This document shows positions 10,829-21,134 of a DNA stretch of 64,000 nt, piece after piece. A model generated the notes under the pieces. It saw nothing but the letters and a program-made list of their open reading frames with translations. It was not told where the DNA came from and made no database searches. The DNA comes from an uncultured delta proteobacterium (GTDB lineage: Bacteria > Desulfobacterota > Binatia > UBA9968), in contig CAWJZV010000018.1 of assembly GCA_963847445.1 (NCBI GenBank), positions 64,001 through 128,000 on the forward strand. The letters run 5' to 3'. The position numbers were made by a program, and so were the translations under genes. Position 1 is the first letter of the stretch, and each line of letters begins with the position of its first letter.

Positions 10829-12610
10829 TCATGCACCGGCACATATTGCTTCGTTGCTGCCGGCCAAAATCGCTTTCACACCATCGACGATATGATGCGG
10901 CATGAACGGTTCGCCGTCATATTTGCGAATATGACCGTCGGCGACGATGCCGGTCTCCGACCGTAAATAACGCGCGAACTGGCCGCTATAGTTGTTCTCG
11001 ACGATGATGGTTTTCTTGCTCTTTGCCAGAGTCGAAACGATCGCTTCGCCGTGCAGCGGCACGAGCCATTTGATCTGGAGCAAGATTAGCGGCGATGCCT
11101 TCCTCGTCGGCCAGCTTCTGGATCGCCTCTTGGACGACCCCTTCGGTGGAGCCCCACCCGACCAGCGTGACTTGCGCGTCAGCGGCGCCCCAGAGCTTGG
11201 GCGCGTCGAGCAGCGGCAAAATCGAATCCATCTTGCGCATGCGTTTCTCATGCATCGCCTGGCGCTTGTGCGGGTTGGTGTACTCGTCGCTGATCAACAC
11301 GCCGTCTTCATCGTGATCGTCGGTGGCGACCACATGTTCGAAACCCAGCGTGCCCGGCAGCGCGCGCGGCGAGATGCCGCTGTCGTTGATCTCATAGCGC
11401 TTGTAGCCGCCGTTGAGCGGCGGCGTGGCGCCGTTGAGGCCGATCACCTCGCCGCGTTCGATGGGCACGTTGAAGTCCAGCTCCGCCGGATCGACGCTCG
11501 ATCGGCCTTCGGAGAGCAGTAAATCTGAAAGAATGATGCCGGGACACTGAAACTTGTCGACCAGGTTGAACAGTTGCGGCACCGTATTGAAAACAATCCG
11601 GGATCGTCGTCGGCGCGACGATGATGCGCGGATAGTCGCCCTGCCCCGCGCCCATCGCCTGCCACAGATCGCCTTGTTCGGTTTTCGTCGGCACGCCGGT
11701 GGCCGGCCCGGCGCGCTGCACGTTGATACAGACCACGGGAATTTCCATCATCGCCGCGGCGCCCAGTCCCTCGGTCATCAAAGCGAATCCGCCGCCGGAG
11801 GTCGCGCACATGGCGCGGCAGCCGGCGTGGGCCGCGCCGATGGCCATATTGATGACGCCGATCTCGTCCTCCACTTGGCGCACCATGATGTCCAATTGGC
11901 GCGCGTGGCGCGCCATCCAGTGGAGCACGCCGGACGACGGGCTCATCGGATAGGCGCAGTAAAAGCGCACTCCCGCCGCCGCGCCGCCCATGGCCAACGC
12001 CTGGTTGCCTTCGAAGAACGCCAGTTTTTTGCCGGTATCCGGCAGCGTGACCGGCAAGCGCTTTGAACTGCGCCGCCGCGTAATCGTAACCGGCGCGCGC
12101 CACGCCGACGTTCTCGGCGATCACCGCGTCGCCTTTCCGTTTGAACTGCAAGCTGAGTATCTCTTCGAGAATTTTGAATTCGACGCCGATCAGCCGCAGC
12201 ACTGCGGCCAAGGCAATCGTATTCTGCACCAAGTCGCCTCGGACCGCCGGCGCCAGTTCCTTCACCGAGAAGCCGCAAAGCTGAACCCCGGCCGCGGCGC
12301 CGTCAGGTTTGATCTTGTCCTTGTTGTAAAGCACGGAAGAGCCCGGCGTCATCAAGCCGAGATGGCGATTCATGGTATCTTGATTGAGCGCGATTAAAAC
12401 ATCGAGCTTGTCGCCGAAGCTCAGCACCGGCGCGTCGCTGGTGCGCAAGGTGAGAAATATATGACCGCCGCGCACGATCGACTGATAAGCATTGTAGGCG
12501 TTTAGATGCAGCCCGCGGCGCACGAAGATGCGCGCCAGGATATCGCCGGGCGTGGCGATGCCCTGGCCGGCTGCGCCGCCGATTGCGATGGAAAGATCGA
12601 CTTTCGCCAT
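10829..12610 (-). CDS. korA: 2-oxoacid:ferredoxin oxidoreductase subunit alpha (gamma-alpha fusion; frameshifted)
   Basis: GGAAGQG, QSIVRGG, GNQALAMG, YPMSPSS, QVEDEI, ATSGGGFALM, QRAGPATGVPTKTEQGD, GWGST, VENNYSGQ. Confidence 0.92.
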
Positions 12611-12643
12611 ACTCAAGACCTCCTCTGGCCGGTTGTTAAGCCT

Positions 12644-12961
12644 TCATTTGGTCGCAGTCACCTCGGTTGCCGGAAGCATTGCGACAATCTTGCTCATTTC
12701 ACTGACGGAAAAGGCTCTCAGTGTCTGCGTGCGGATATTACCGAGAGACGCCATGCTCATGGCGAACGCCGTCATCGTCTCATCGTCCGGCGCATCGGCG
12801 GTAAACACTGCGTCAAATGCGCCCATGGTCCAGTAAATATCTTTGACCTTGATGCCAAGATTAGCCGCCGCATTGACTAGCCCTTTGGCGCGCTCGGTGG
12901 TGTGGCGGATATGACGCGCGCCTTCCTCGGTAAAGTTTACCAGCGAAACATAAGTCGCCAT
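12644..12961 (-). CDS. GYD domain-containing protein
   Basis: MATYVSLVNFTEEG...YWTMGAFDAV...SLGNIRTQTLRAFS is the characteristic GYD-family pattern. Confidence 0.85.
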   Translation of the reverse strand: MATYVSLVNFTEEGARHIRHTTERAKGLVNAAANLGIKVKDIYWTMGAFDAVFTADAPDDETMTAFAMSMASLGNIRTQTLRAFSVSEMSKIVAMLPATEVTATK

Positions 12962-13015
12962 CGAAACCTCTCGGCCGCTTGGTCTAATCAAAGAGTCTTC
13001 AGGCTTCCGTGTAAT

Positions 13016-13100
13016 CACCGCCGAGGCGCGGAGGACGCGAAGTAAAGAGAATTTGCTTAGAAATTACTCCGAACTCTGTGAACTCTGTGCCTCTGTGGTG
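13016..13100. repeat. 9-mer-period intergenic palindrome, second copy
   Basis: CACCGCCGAGGCGCGGAGGACGCGAAG ... CTCTGTGAACTCTGTGCCTCTGTGGTG, homologous to 10688-10773. Confidence 0.8.
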
Positions 13101-13136
13101 AATAGTCTTTCTCAGCAAACCCAAAACGAGCCAAAT

Positions 13137-13185
13137 AAAAAAGCCGGTCTGCTCCCGCGACATATCGCAAAAGCAACCGGCTTTT
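13137..13185 (-). terminator. Long hairpin with U-tract upstream of the GYD-korAB operon (terminator or attenuator candidate)
   Basis: AAAAGCCGGT...GCGA-CATA-TCGC...ACCGGCTTTT, followed by a T-run on the minus strand. Confidence 0.5.
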
Positions 13186-13361
13186 AGCCACCTATTTCCC
13201 CGCTAAATATCAAGCCGCGCTCCTTGCACTGCTGCTCTGAATCGCGAGAGATCGTCAAAGTTGAGGAAATCTTGTTGTGATGAGACAACTACCAACGCCC
13301 CTCGCCACTGTCAAGCTATTCTTTGTAACGATCGGTTGTCTTCAAAGACGTTTAAAAAAAC

Positions 13362-13433
13362 AAATCCCTCTAAATCTCCCTTTACAAAGGGAGACTTTCC
13401 ATTCCCCTTTGAAAAAGGGGGAATGGAGAATTT
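13362..13433. repeat. CCCTTT-N-AAAGGG type palindromic repeat
   Basis: AAATCCCTCTAAATCTCCCTTTACAAAGGGAGA ... TTCCCCTTTGAAAAAGGGGGAATGGAGAATTT. Same half-unit as 37017-37098. Confidence 0.7.
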
Positions 13434-13606
13434 GTCCACACCACCACCGATACCGTTGCCGTATTGCTGCGCAGCCACGGTGCTACACGAAACCATGGAA
13501 TCCACCGGCGAACTCTTGTACTTTAGCTGCGATTCGGATTAATTCTGTCACTTTGCGGCGAGCGTTCAAAATAGCGTTCATTCAGTTTGACGCGATCGGA
13601 GGCAGC

Positions 13607-14717
13607 ATGTTCGATTTTCTTTTCCCCACTCATCCATTCGGCGGCCACACGCTGCGCCTGGTTGCGCAAGCGCAGCAAGGCGGCGGCGATGTCTTCGATA
13701 TCGCCCGGGCGATGAAGAACGTCGAAGCCGGCGACAAGGACAGCTGGGAGCGCGAGTGGCTGGCCATGGCTGAGAAGACTGAAGCGCGCGCCCACGGCGC
13801 ATTGGCGGCCGGCCATCAAGGCACGGCGCGGCAGAATTTTTTTCACGCCAGCAATTACTATCGGATGTCCGACGTGCTCCTGACCAGCGCCGAGGAAAGC
13901 AAACGCGGCGAGCGCTTTCGCCAGTCCCAGGCAATGTTTCGCGCCGCCGCTAAACTCAATTCGCCCAAGATCGAAGTGATTTCAGTGCGCTGCGGCAATG
14001 AACAGTACGACGGTTACTTCTGCCATCCCGTGAGTCCCAAGCCAGGCAAATGGCCGGCGGTACTGTTTCTCGGCGGCGCCGACGCCTACGCCGAAGAGAT
14101 TTATTTCGGCGGCAAGCAGATGCTCGAGCGCGGCTGGGCGATGCTCTTGGTCGACACGCCGGGACGCGGCTCGTCGATGTACCTGAAAGGCATCAAGACC
14201 CGGCCCGATTACGAAGTGCCCGGCAAGGCTTGCATCGATTATTTAGTCTCGCGGCCGGAAGTCGACGCCAACCGCGTCGCGCTCCTTGGCATCAGCATGG
14301 CCGGTTATTACGCGCCGCGCGTGGCGGCCTTCGAAAAGCGCCTGCGGGCACTGGTCGCCTGGAGCGGCTGCTACAGCATCTTGGACGATCTCTATGACTG
14401 GTGTGTGCACCTCCAACCGGTCTGTCAACGTCTGCTCGGCGGCGTCAGCCACGAAGAGGCGCGCCGGCAATTGAAAGACTTCACCATGGCCGGCATGCGC
14501 CAAGAACATCACCTGCCCGACGCTGATTACCCACGGCGACAAGGACACGCTGATGTCCGTCGAAGGCGCGAAGAAGTTGTTCAACGAAATCGGCGCCACT
14601 GATAAAACCTTAAAAATTTACGGCGAAGCCGACGGCGGCGGGCGGATTCACTGCAGCCACGACTACTGGGCGCATAACTTGCCGTACATGTTGGATTGGT
14701 TGGAAGAGCGGCTGTGA
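13607..14717 (+). CDS. Alpha/beta hydrolase (2,6-dihydroxypseudooxynicotine hydrolase / FrsA-like)
   Basis: GGAGG RBS, HASNYYR, GGAD, VDTPGRG, nucleophile GISMAGYYAPR, HGDKD, HC near the C-terminus. Frameshift near 14495. Confidence 0.88.
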
Positions 14718-14737
14718 GAAAATTGGAGTATCAGAGT

Positions 14738-14870
14738 GTTTAAAATCAGTTCAACCGATGCGTTCCGATTCAATCCCCCGTCCGATCCTCCCCCGCGACG
14801 CGGGGGAGGACAGAGGTAGGGGGCTTGAACGCATCGTACGTTTCGAACGTTTTGAAACGGATTGAACGGT
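14738..14870. repeat. Nested palindrome: GTTCAA/TTGAAC outer repeats around a CCTCCCCCGC-GCGGGGGAGG hairpin
   Basis: Inner CCTCCCCCGCGACGCGGGGGAGG at about 14787-14809. Outer gttcaa/attcaa faces ttgaacg/tcgaacg/ttgaacgg. Confidence 0.6.
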
Positions 14871-14893
14871 CAATGCAAAGGAGAATTATTGCA

Positions 14894-16398
14894 ATGGCAA
14901 ACAACGGACAAGACTCAATTGGGACAAAGAAGTCGACGTGCTCGTTGTCGGCTACGGCGCCGCGGGTGGCATCGCGGCGATCACCGCCCACGACGCCGGT
15001 GCGAAGGTTTTATTGATCGAAAAAATGCCCCACCCCGGCGGCATCTCGATTCTCTCCGGCGGCGGCGTCGCCTTCGCGCATAACGCCGAGGGGGCCTTTC
15101 AATATTTAAAACGCACCTGCAACGGCACCACGCCGGACGACATTCTGCGCAAGATGGCCGAAGAGATGGTCGGCATGATCGACTGGGTCACCGAACTCGC
15201 CAAAGTCAGCGGCACCGAGCCGTCTAAGACCGAGACCCGCGGCCATGGCACCTATCCATTTGCTGGCACCAACGACATTGATTCGATCAAGCTCAAAGAC
15301 TTCCAAGCCTACGACGAATTCCCCTGGGCCAAAGGACTGCGCGGCGGCGCCCGGCTGTTCAAAGTCGTCTACGACAACGTCAACAGCCGCAACATCGAAG
15401 TGCTGCTCTCGACGCCGGCGAAAGAATTGATTTTGAATAGCGACGGCGAAGTGATCGGCCTGGTCGCCGAGCATGACGGCAAGACGATTCGTATCAAGGC
15501 GAATAAGGGCGTCATTCTGTGCTGCGGCGGCTACGAAAACGACGACGCCCTGAAGCTGCAATACTTCGAAGCCCAGCCGGTCTATCCGGTCTACCTCGGC
15601 AACACCGGCGACGGCTTGAAGATGGCGCAAAAAGCCGGCGCCGGCCTCTGGCATATGTGGCATTTTCACGGCGGCTACGGCTTTAAGTTTGCCGAGCTGC
15701 CCTTCGCCATCCGCCATGTCTGGGCCGGACCGAGAAACGAGAACCGCAAGATGATTTGGATCGGCGTCGACAAATCTGGCAAGCGCTTCATGGACGAGTA
15801 CCCGCCGGCGCCTCAGGACACCGGCACCCGGGCGCTGGAATACTACGATGCCGACATCCAGGACTATCCGCGCATCCCTTGCTATCTGATCTTCGACGAG
15901 GAAGGCAGAAAGCTCGGCCCCATCGGCATCCCGATCGTCAACGACGAGCGCTATGACGCCAGCTGGAGCGCGGACAATCTCGCCGAGATCGACAAAGGCT
16001 GGATCAAAAAAGGCAACTCGCTGGAAGACATCGCGGCGCAGATCGACGTCAATCCCAAAGTGCTCAGAGCCACGGTGGAACGGTGGAACGACCTCTGCGC
16101 CAAAGGCCAGGACGAAGATCACAAACGGCCGCCGAAAACCATGATGCCGATCAAGACCGGCCCGTTCTACGTCATGGAGGCCTGGCCCATCGTCAATAAT
16201 ACTCAGGGTGGCCCCGAGCACGACGTCAAGCAGCGCGTGTTAGACCCGATGAAACGACCCATCCCACGCCTCTACGTCGCCGGCGAGATCAGCTCGATTT
16301 ACGGCCATTTGTATTTGGAAGCGGGCAACATCACCGAATGCTTCGTCGCGGGGAAGATCGCCGGGCAGAATGCCGCGGCGGAGCAAGCGTGGTCCTGA
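14894..16398 (+). CDS. FAD-dependent oxidoreductase, FAD_binding_2 family (KstD / fumarate reductase flavoprotein-like)
   Basis: WDKEVDVLVVGYGAAG, GGISILSGG, GVILCCGGYE, NTGDG, GKRFMDE, NTQGG, IPRLYVAGE. Frameshift near the N-terminus. Confidence 0.88.
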
Positions 16399-16529
16399 GC
16401 GGTCGATTGTGAATAGAGCAGCGTGATCACGCCGCAATCGACGAAGCAAAGATTGTCGTCACCACGAAGGCACGAAGAGCACGAAGTTCGGAATTTTAAT
16501 CATCCGAAACCTTCGTGTCCTTCGTGCCT

Positions 16530-16742
16530 CCTTAGAAAATACATTCAAGGGGAGGGTCTCCACACAATGAAGAGGTCACCTGGATTCCGTCATACCCGCG
16601 AAAGCGGGTATCCAGGCTAATTGGGCGCAGAACAAACCTGGATTCCTTCGCGTGCGCGGGAATGACGAATCGATGAGGGGATCATGTTCTGGGAGTGCCA
16701 ACCATTTTCATGCTCTGTAGGCGAGCGCAAGCTCATGAAACA
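16530..16742. mobile_element. Putative non-autonomous insertion element (CCTTAGAAAATAC...CATGAAACA) flanked by CT, inside a host palindrome
   Basis: Interrupts the right arm of the CACCACGAAG palindrome (16460-16752). CT at 16528-29 and 16743-44. Same ends as 19486-19670. Carries a CGTCAT...ATGACG hairpin at 16588-16667. Confidence 0.6.
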
Positions 16743-16811
16743 CTTCGTGGTGGAAAATGATGTTATCAATAAGCAGATTCGTTTCGACCGCAGCTACTGT
16801 CGTTTAAACTT

Positions 16812-17970
16812 TTAAAAATAGCGCCACAGCCACCATTTCTCGAAGCCGAGCTTCGCCCAGTAGATCGCCCTAGACGGCCCCCATGTGCGCGGATCGGTGA
16901 CACCGAAGGGCGGCCAGCCGGTGGGATACGTCGTTCGGTTTGCGGCGGCGCGTCCAGCGCCGAAGGCGAGTAGTCATATGGTGTGCAGCCAGAGGTCTAC
17001 GGGTCGTGCCCTTGCCGGTGATCTCGACGGCGAGATTATGCGCCAGCACATCCGCTTCCTGATGGGCGACGCCGCCGGCCTTGGACGCCGGCAGGTCGGC
17101 GCAATCGCCGATGGCGTAAACATTGTCCCATTTGGTTTGCAGCGTGTCGTAGTCGACGCGGATGCCGGTTTCGCTCTCGGCCAGACCGCTATCGAGCAGC
17201 ACTTGCGCCGGCCGGTGCGGCGGCACCATGACCAGCAGATCGTAGGGAATGTTGTAATTGTACAGACCCTGGACGACCTTTTTCTCCGGTTCGATGGAAC
17301 GCACGACAAACTCGTAGTGCTGCTCGATGCCGCGCCGTTTGCTTTCGGCATTCATCCACACCGCCGGATCGTGAGCTTCGCCGGTCGGTTCCGCCTCGCG
17401 GGTGAAGTAGTCGATCTGAACCCGGTCGCGAATCCCCTTTTGACGGAAATATCCATCGAGCATCCACTGCGCTTCATAGGGCGCCGGCGGGCATCGGTAT
17501 GGCCCGAGCGGCACACCGACGACTACCCTGCCGCCGCGAAACGACTCCAGGCTCGCGCGCAAACGCAGCGCTGATTCCATTTCCCAGGGGTGCTGCGACC
17601 CTTCGGCAAAGCCCGGAACCAAGTCGGGACGGGTTTGCAGGCCGAGCGAAGTGATCAAGTAGTCGTAGTTGATCTTTTCTTTTTCCAGCGAAATTTCCTG
17701 GCGGATCGGATCGATGCCGAGAATCTCCGACTGAATGACTCTGACGTTGCGCTTCTCGATTACTTTCAAATTCCGGCTGATATCGCGCGGTTGGCGCTCG
17801 CCGATCATGATGAACAGAAACGCCGGCATGAAAATATGATCGGCGCGCCGGTCGATTAGAATGACATCGTGATCGGCGCCGAGCTTGCGGCCCAAATGCG
17901 TCGCCGCCACCACGCCGCCGCAGCCGCCGCCTAAAATGACAATTTTCTTTCGTCGCGATAGAAGTTGCAT
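16812..17970 (-). CDS. Sulfide:quinone reductase-like NAD(P)/FAD oxidoreductase, probable selenoprotein (UGA at 16974-16976)
   Basis: ILGGGCGG, YRCPPAPYE, VYAIGDC, KAGGVAH. After a 1-bp indel near 17000 the frame reads LWLHTI-UGA-LLAFGAGRAA...PSRAIYWAKLGFEKWWLWRYF-TAA. Confidence 0.85.
16946..16962 (-). promoter_or_regulatory. Bacterial SECIS-like stem-loop
   Basis: mRNA CGGCGC-UGGAC-GCGCCG is a perfect 6-bp stem with a G-containing loop, starting 11 nt after the in-frame UGA. Confidence 0.7.
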
Positions 17971-17994
17971 GTTGAGTTCTTGGTTTCGCGAAGT

Positions 17995-18180
17995 CTATTT
18001 ATCTTGAGCGCCGAAGCGCTGTTTTGAGCGTTGCGCCAGTCCCTGGAGATTTCTCAGCCGCTGCTCGCGCCAGAGTTGTTGCTCGCGCCTGCCGTCGGCG
18101 TTGAGTTCCTTGCCAAAGCCGGATGATGCCCGCAAGAACCAGATGATTAAAGTATCAGATAGATCTTTTAGCCATTCCAT
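17995..18180 (-). CDS. Small hypothetical protein (61 aa)
   Basis: GGAG RBS upstream; fills the gap between the DHDPS-family and SQR-like genes on the same strand. Confidence 0.55.
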   Translation of the reverse strand: MEWLKDLSDTLIIWFLRASSGFGKELNADGRREQQLWREQRLRNLQGLAQRSKQRFGAQDK

Positions 18181-18241
18181 ACATTTCTCCGCCTCACGCT
18201 CCGGCTTTGCTTAACCCAGCGTTTGGTGACTGCGTTTGAGC

Positions 18242-19210
18242 TTATCTTAAGAAGGTATCTTCTTGCCGGAGCTTTTCGCCGGCGGCGAGTAGCCCCTGCG
18301 GCGACGGCCCCGATTCACCGATCAGACCGACCTGGCGCAAGAACTGGCCGATCTGCTCATGGTCGCGCGGGCTCACCGGCGCATAAGGCCGGCAGGGCTG
18401 GCCGAGATCGACACCGAAATGTTTCATCGCCGACTTCATCACCGGCGGCAAACCATAGGCGCCCCATTTCCCGGGAAATAAGGCGTAGCAGCGCGCCCAG
18501 AATCTGGCCGTCTCCAGATCGCCGGCGCGAAACGCCTTGACGATCTGCGCGCCGATGCGCGTCCCCGGCGGCGGCATGGTGGCGCCGGAGCCGCCGAGCA
18601 TGAGCGTGACCAGGAGCGGCTGCATGGTGGTAAAATAGTGACCGCGGCCGGCCAGCTCGATCTGCTCGATCAAACGCGAGATCTTGGTGATGTCGCGGGA
18701 GCTTTCTTTGAAGTAGCGAATATTATCGATCTCGCTGATCTTGACGAAGGCATCCTGCGGCGGATCGGCGCCCGGACCGGGATTGTGATAACAGGTGACC
18801 GGCAACGGACTCGCCGAGGCGACTTGAGTGTAAAACTCCATCAGCTCGGCGATGGTCGGCTGGCCGCCCCAGGGACGCAGCGGCATCAGCACTTGAATGA
18901 AGTCGCCGTTCACCTTGGCGGCATACTCGGCGAGTTCAATAACCTCGCGCGGCGCCGGACTGGAGCAGCCCAAGATCACCGGCACCCGGCCGCCGATCAT
19001 TTCGGTGGCGACTTTGAGCACTTCCTTGCGCTCATCGCGCGACAGCATGGTGTATTCCGCCGCTTCCACCGCCGCCACCGTGATCGCGTCGCAGTCGGGA
19101 ATAAGAAATTCGATTTCCTTTTCGAGCGCCTTGTAATCGACGCGATCATTCACGTCGAAGGGCGTCAAACAGGCGCCAATGATGCCGCTGATAGGTTTGG
19201 TCGTTGCCAT
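18242..19210 (-). CDS. Dihydrodipicolinate synthase / class I aldolase family protein
   Basis: GIIGACLTPFD, LSRDERKEVL, GRVPVILG, CYHNP, Schiff-base lysine YFKESS. Confidence 0.88.
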   Translation of the reverse strand: MATTKPISGIIGACLTPFDVNDRVDYKALEKEIEFLIPDCDAITVAAVEAAEYTMLSRDERKEVLKVATEMIGGRVPVILGCSSPAPREVIELAEYAAKVNGDFIQVLMPLRPWGGQPTIAELMEFYTQVASASPLPVTCYHNPGPGADPPQDAFVKISEIDNIRYFKESSRDITKISRLIEQIELAGRGHYFTTMQPLLVTLMLGGSGATMPPPGTRIGAQIVKAFRAGDLETARFWARCYALFPGKWGAYGLPPVMKSAMKHFGVDLGQPCRPYAPVSPRDHEQIGQFLRQVGLIGESGPSPQGLLAAGEKLRQEDTFLR

Positions 19211-19379
19211 AGGCTTATGGAGTTCTTTAGCTATTTGGTTCTTTTGTGGGTTCAGATTGTTTTGTTCACCACGAAGGCACACAGGGTTCGATAATTTAAT
19301 TTCTGAACTTCGTGCTCTTCGTACTACTATCCTTGATAATTTGCGGGGTTTGCGCAAATGGTGCGAGCGTCAAATCCAA

Positions 19380-19405
19380 GAGGGCGGGTTTAAACCCGCC
19401 CCTAC
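19380..19405 (-). repeat. GTAG-family REP palindrome
   Basis: Minus strand GTAGGGGCGGGTTTAAACCCGCCCTC. A degenerate copy GTAGAGGCAGGTCTAAAACCTACCCT lies at 9477-9502. Confidence 0.7.
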
Positions 19406-19485
19406 CCATGCCGATTCTTTTTTGCGCCCTTGCGTTCATTGCGGCCATTCTTCTTGTCGGTTGCGGCTTTGCCACGCTATGTCCT

Positions 19486-19670
19486 CCTTAGAAAATACAC
19501 GTGCAGCGATGATCTGGGCATCGATAACGACTCTCTGTTCCGTCATACCGGCGCAGGCCGGTATCCATCCCCTTCCGCCCCTGGATGCCGGCCTGCGCCG
19601 GCATGACGAGTCTAAGGAATGGCTTCCCGGTATTTTCATTATCTGTGGGCGTGCGTAAGACCATGATTCA
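19486..19670. mobile_element. Second copy of the CT-flanked CCTTAGAAAATAC...CATGATTCA element
   Basis: CT at 19484-85 and 19671-72. Inside a host palindrome beginning CACCACGAAGGCAC at 19267. Internal CGTCAT...ATGACG hairpin at 19541-19608. Confidence 0.6.
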
Positions 19671-19711
19671 CTTCGTGGTAAAATCGTTTTCACAGTAACC
19701 CTGCGACACTG

Positions 19712-20369
19712 CTAATTTAAGACTTCCGCGACGATGCGCGCATGGCCGGCATCGCTGCCTTTGACCCGCAGCGGCAGCGCCATGATGCGCGTGCGCTTGC
19801 CGACGCACCGCAGCCAAATTGGTGACGTTCTCGGCGATGAGAACGTCATTACCCAACAAAGTTCGATGCACCGGAAAATCGAACCCCTTGGGCCGCAGCG
19901 GCGTCGGCAGGTCGACGGTGATGCAGTCGATGCCGAACATTTTAATGCCCTTCTTGACCATCCACTCGGCGGCGTCGACGGAAAGATAAGGATGCAGATT
20001 GTAATCCGGGCTGTCGAACTTCTCGTCCCAGCCGGTGTGGAGCATGAGGATATCGCCGCGATTGACCGTGACGCCGGAGGCTTCTAAATCTTTTGCCGTC
20101 ACCTCTTCGCCGCCGTTCTTCTTGACGCTGATCACCGCGCCGGTGCCGACGAAGGCATCCACCGGCAACTCGTCAATCGATTTGCCGTTGGGCATTATAT
20201 GGATCGGCGCGTCGACATGGGTGCCAGCGTGACAGGGCATCGACAACTCAGTGACGTTCAAGGGATGGCCTTTGTCCAGGCTCAAAAACTTCGTCACGTG
20301 GACTTCCGGCAGGATCGGAATCTTCGGCATGCCGTCGTAAATCACCCGTGACAAATCGATCATTTCCAT
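19712..20369 (-). CDS. Cyclase family (kynurenine formamidase-like) metal-dependent hydrolase
   Basis: HAGTHVDAPIH motif, GDILMLHTGW, GIDCITVD, VHRTLL, IAENVTNL. Frameshift near 19812. Confidence 0.9.
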
Positions 20370-20386
20370 AGCACCTATCTCCTTGT

Positions 20387-21134
20387 TTACTTGCCGCCGC
20401 GCCAGCGCTCGTAGAGCGGATCTTTGGCGACGTAGGCGCGGACAATGCCGTCGAACGCCAGCCAGAACTGGTCCAGAGTTTTCAGCACCGAGGCGCGCAC
20501 CGCCACTTGCTGCGGTTCGGTCACGGCGTAGCGCTCCACCGCCAGCGGTCCGACTTTCATATGCTCTTCGTCGACGCCCATGTGCAGCGTCCAGTAACGG
20601 ATGTCTTCCGACTCGCGATTAAAGCCGTAATGCTGGGTGAGGCCGTTGACGATGCGCGTCATGCGCTCGTTCGCCGTGCCTTCGAGACAGAATCCCTGGC
20701 AAGCGTAAAGCTCGAGCCAAGTGCGTTGGGACATCAACAGTTCGCGCCAATCGAGAAACGCCTGGGTCTCCGGCGTCGGCTCGATGCGGTCGAGCTCTTC
20801 CTTGTCGGCGAAACCGCAAGCTTTGGCGAAGCGGATGAACAGCGCCTTGTGGCTATCGGTGCCGGTGATCTCTCCCGTGCCCTCTTCGACGACGTTCTCG
20901 ATCCACATTTTTTCCAACTCGGGATCGTCCGGGCAACGCGCCAACATCGCGGCAATCGGTTTCGGGAAGGGCTTGGGGAAAAATAAATAAAACTGGCCGA
21001 TGAATCCCTTGAGCGCGTCACGGTCGAGCTTGCCGTCCTCGATCATGCCGATAATCGGATGATTCTTGGAGTGCTTGGCCCGGACCATTTGCTGGATCTC
21101 TTTGACGAAACTCGCTGCTCGACACTACCGCCAT
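20387..21134 (-). CDS. Heme-oxygenase-like diiron protein (TenA/PqqC/CADD family)
   Basis: ENVVEE...SH, LEG and YWTLHMGVDEEH metal-ligand pattern. Frameshift near the N-terminus. Confidence 0.8.

Noticed and set aside
13277-13606. Long N-terminal extension of the alpha/beta hydrolase ORF
   Set aside because: Runs through a palindromic repeat and promoter region; a good RBS precedes the ATG at 13607
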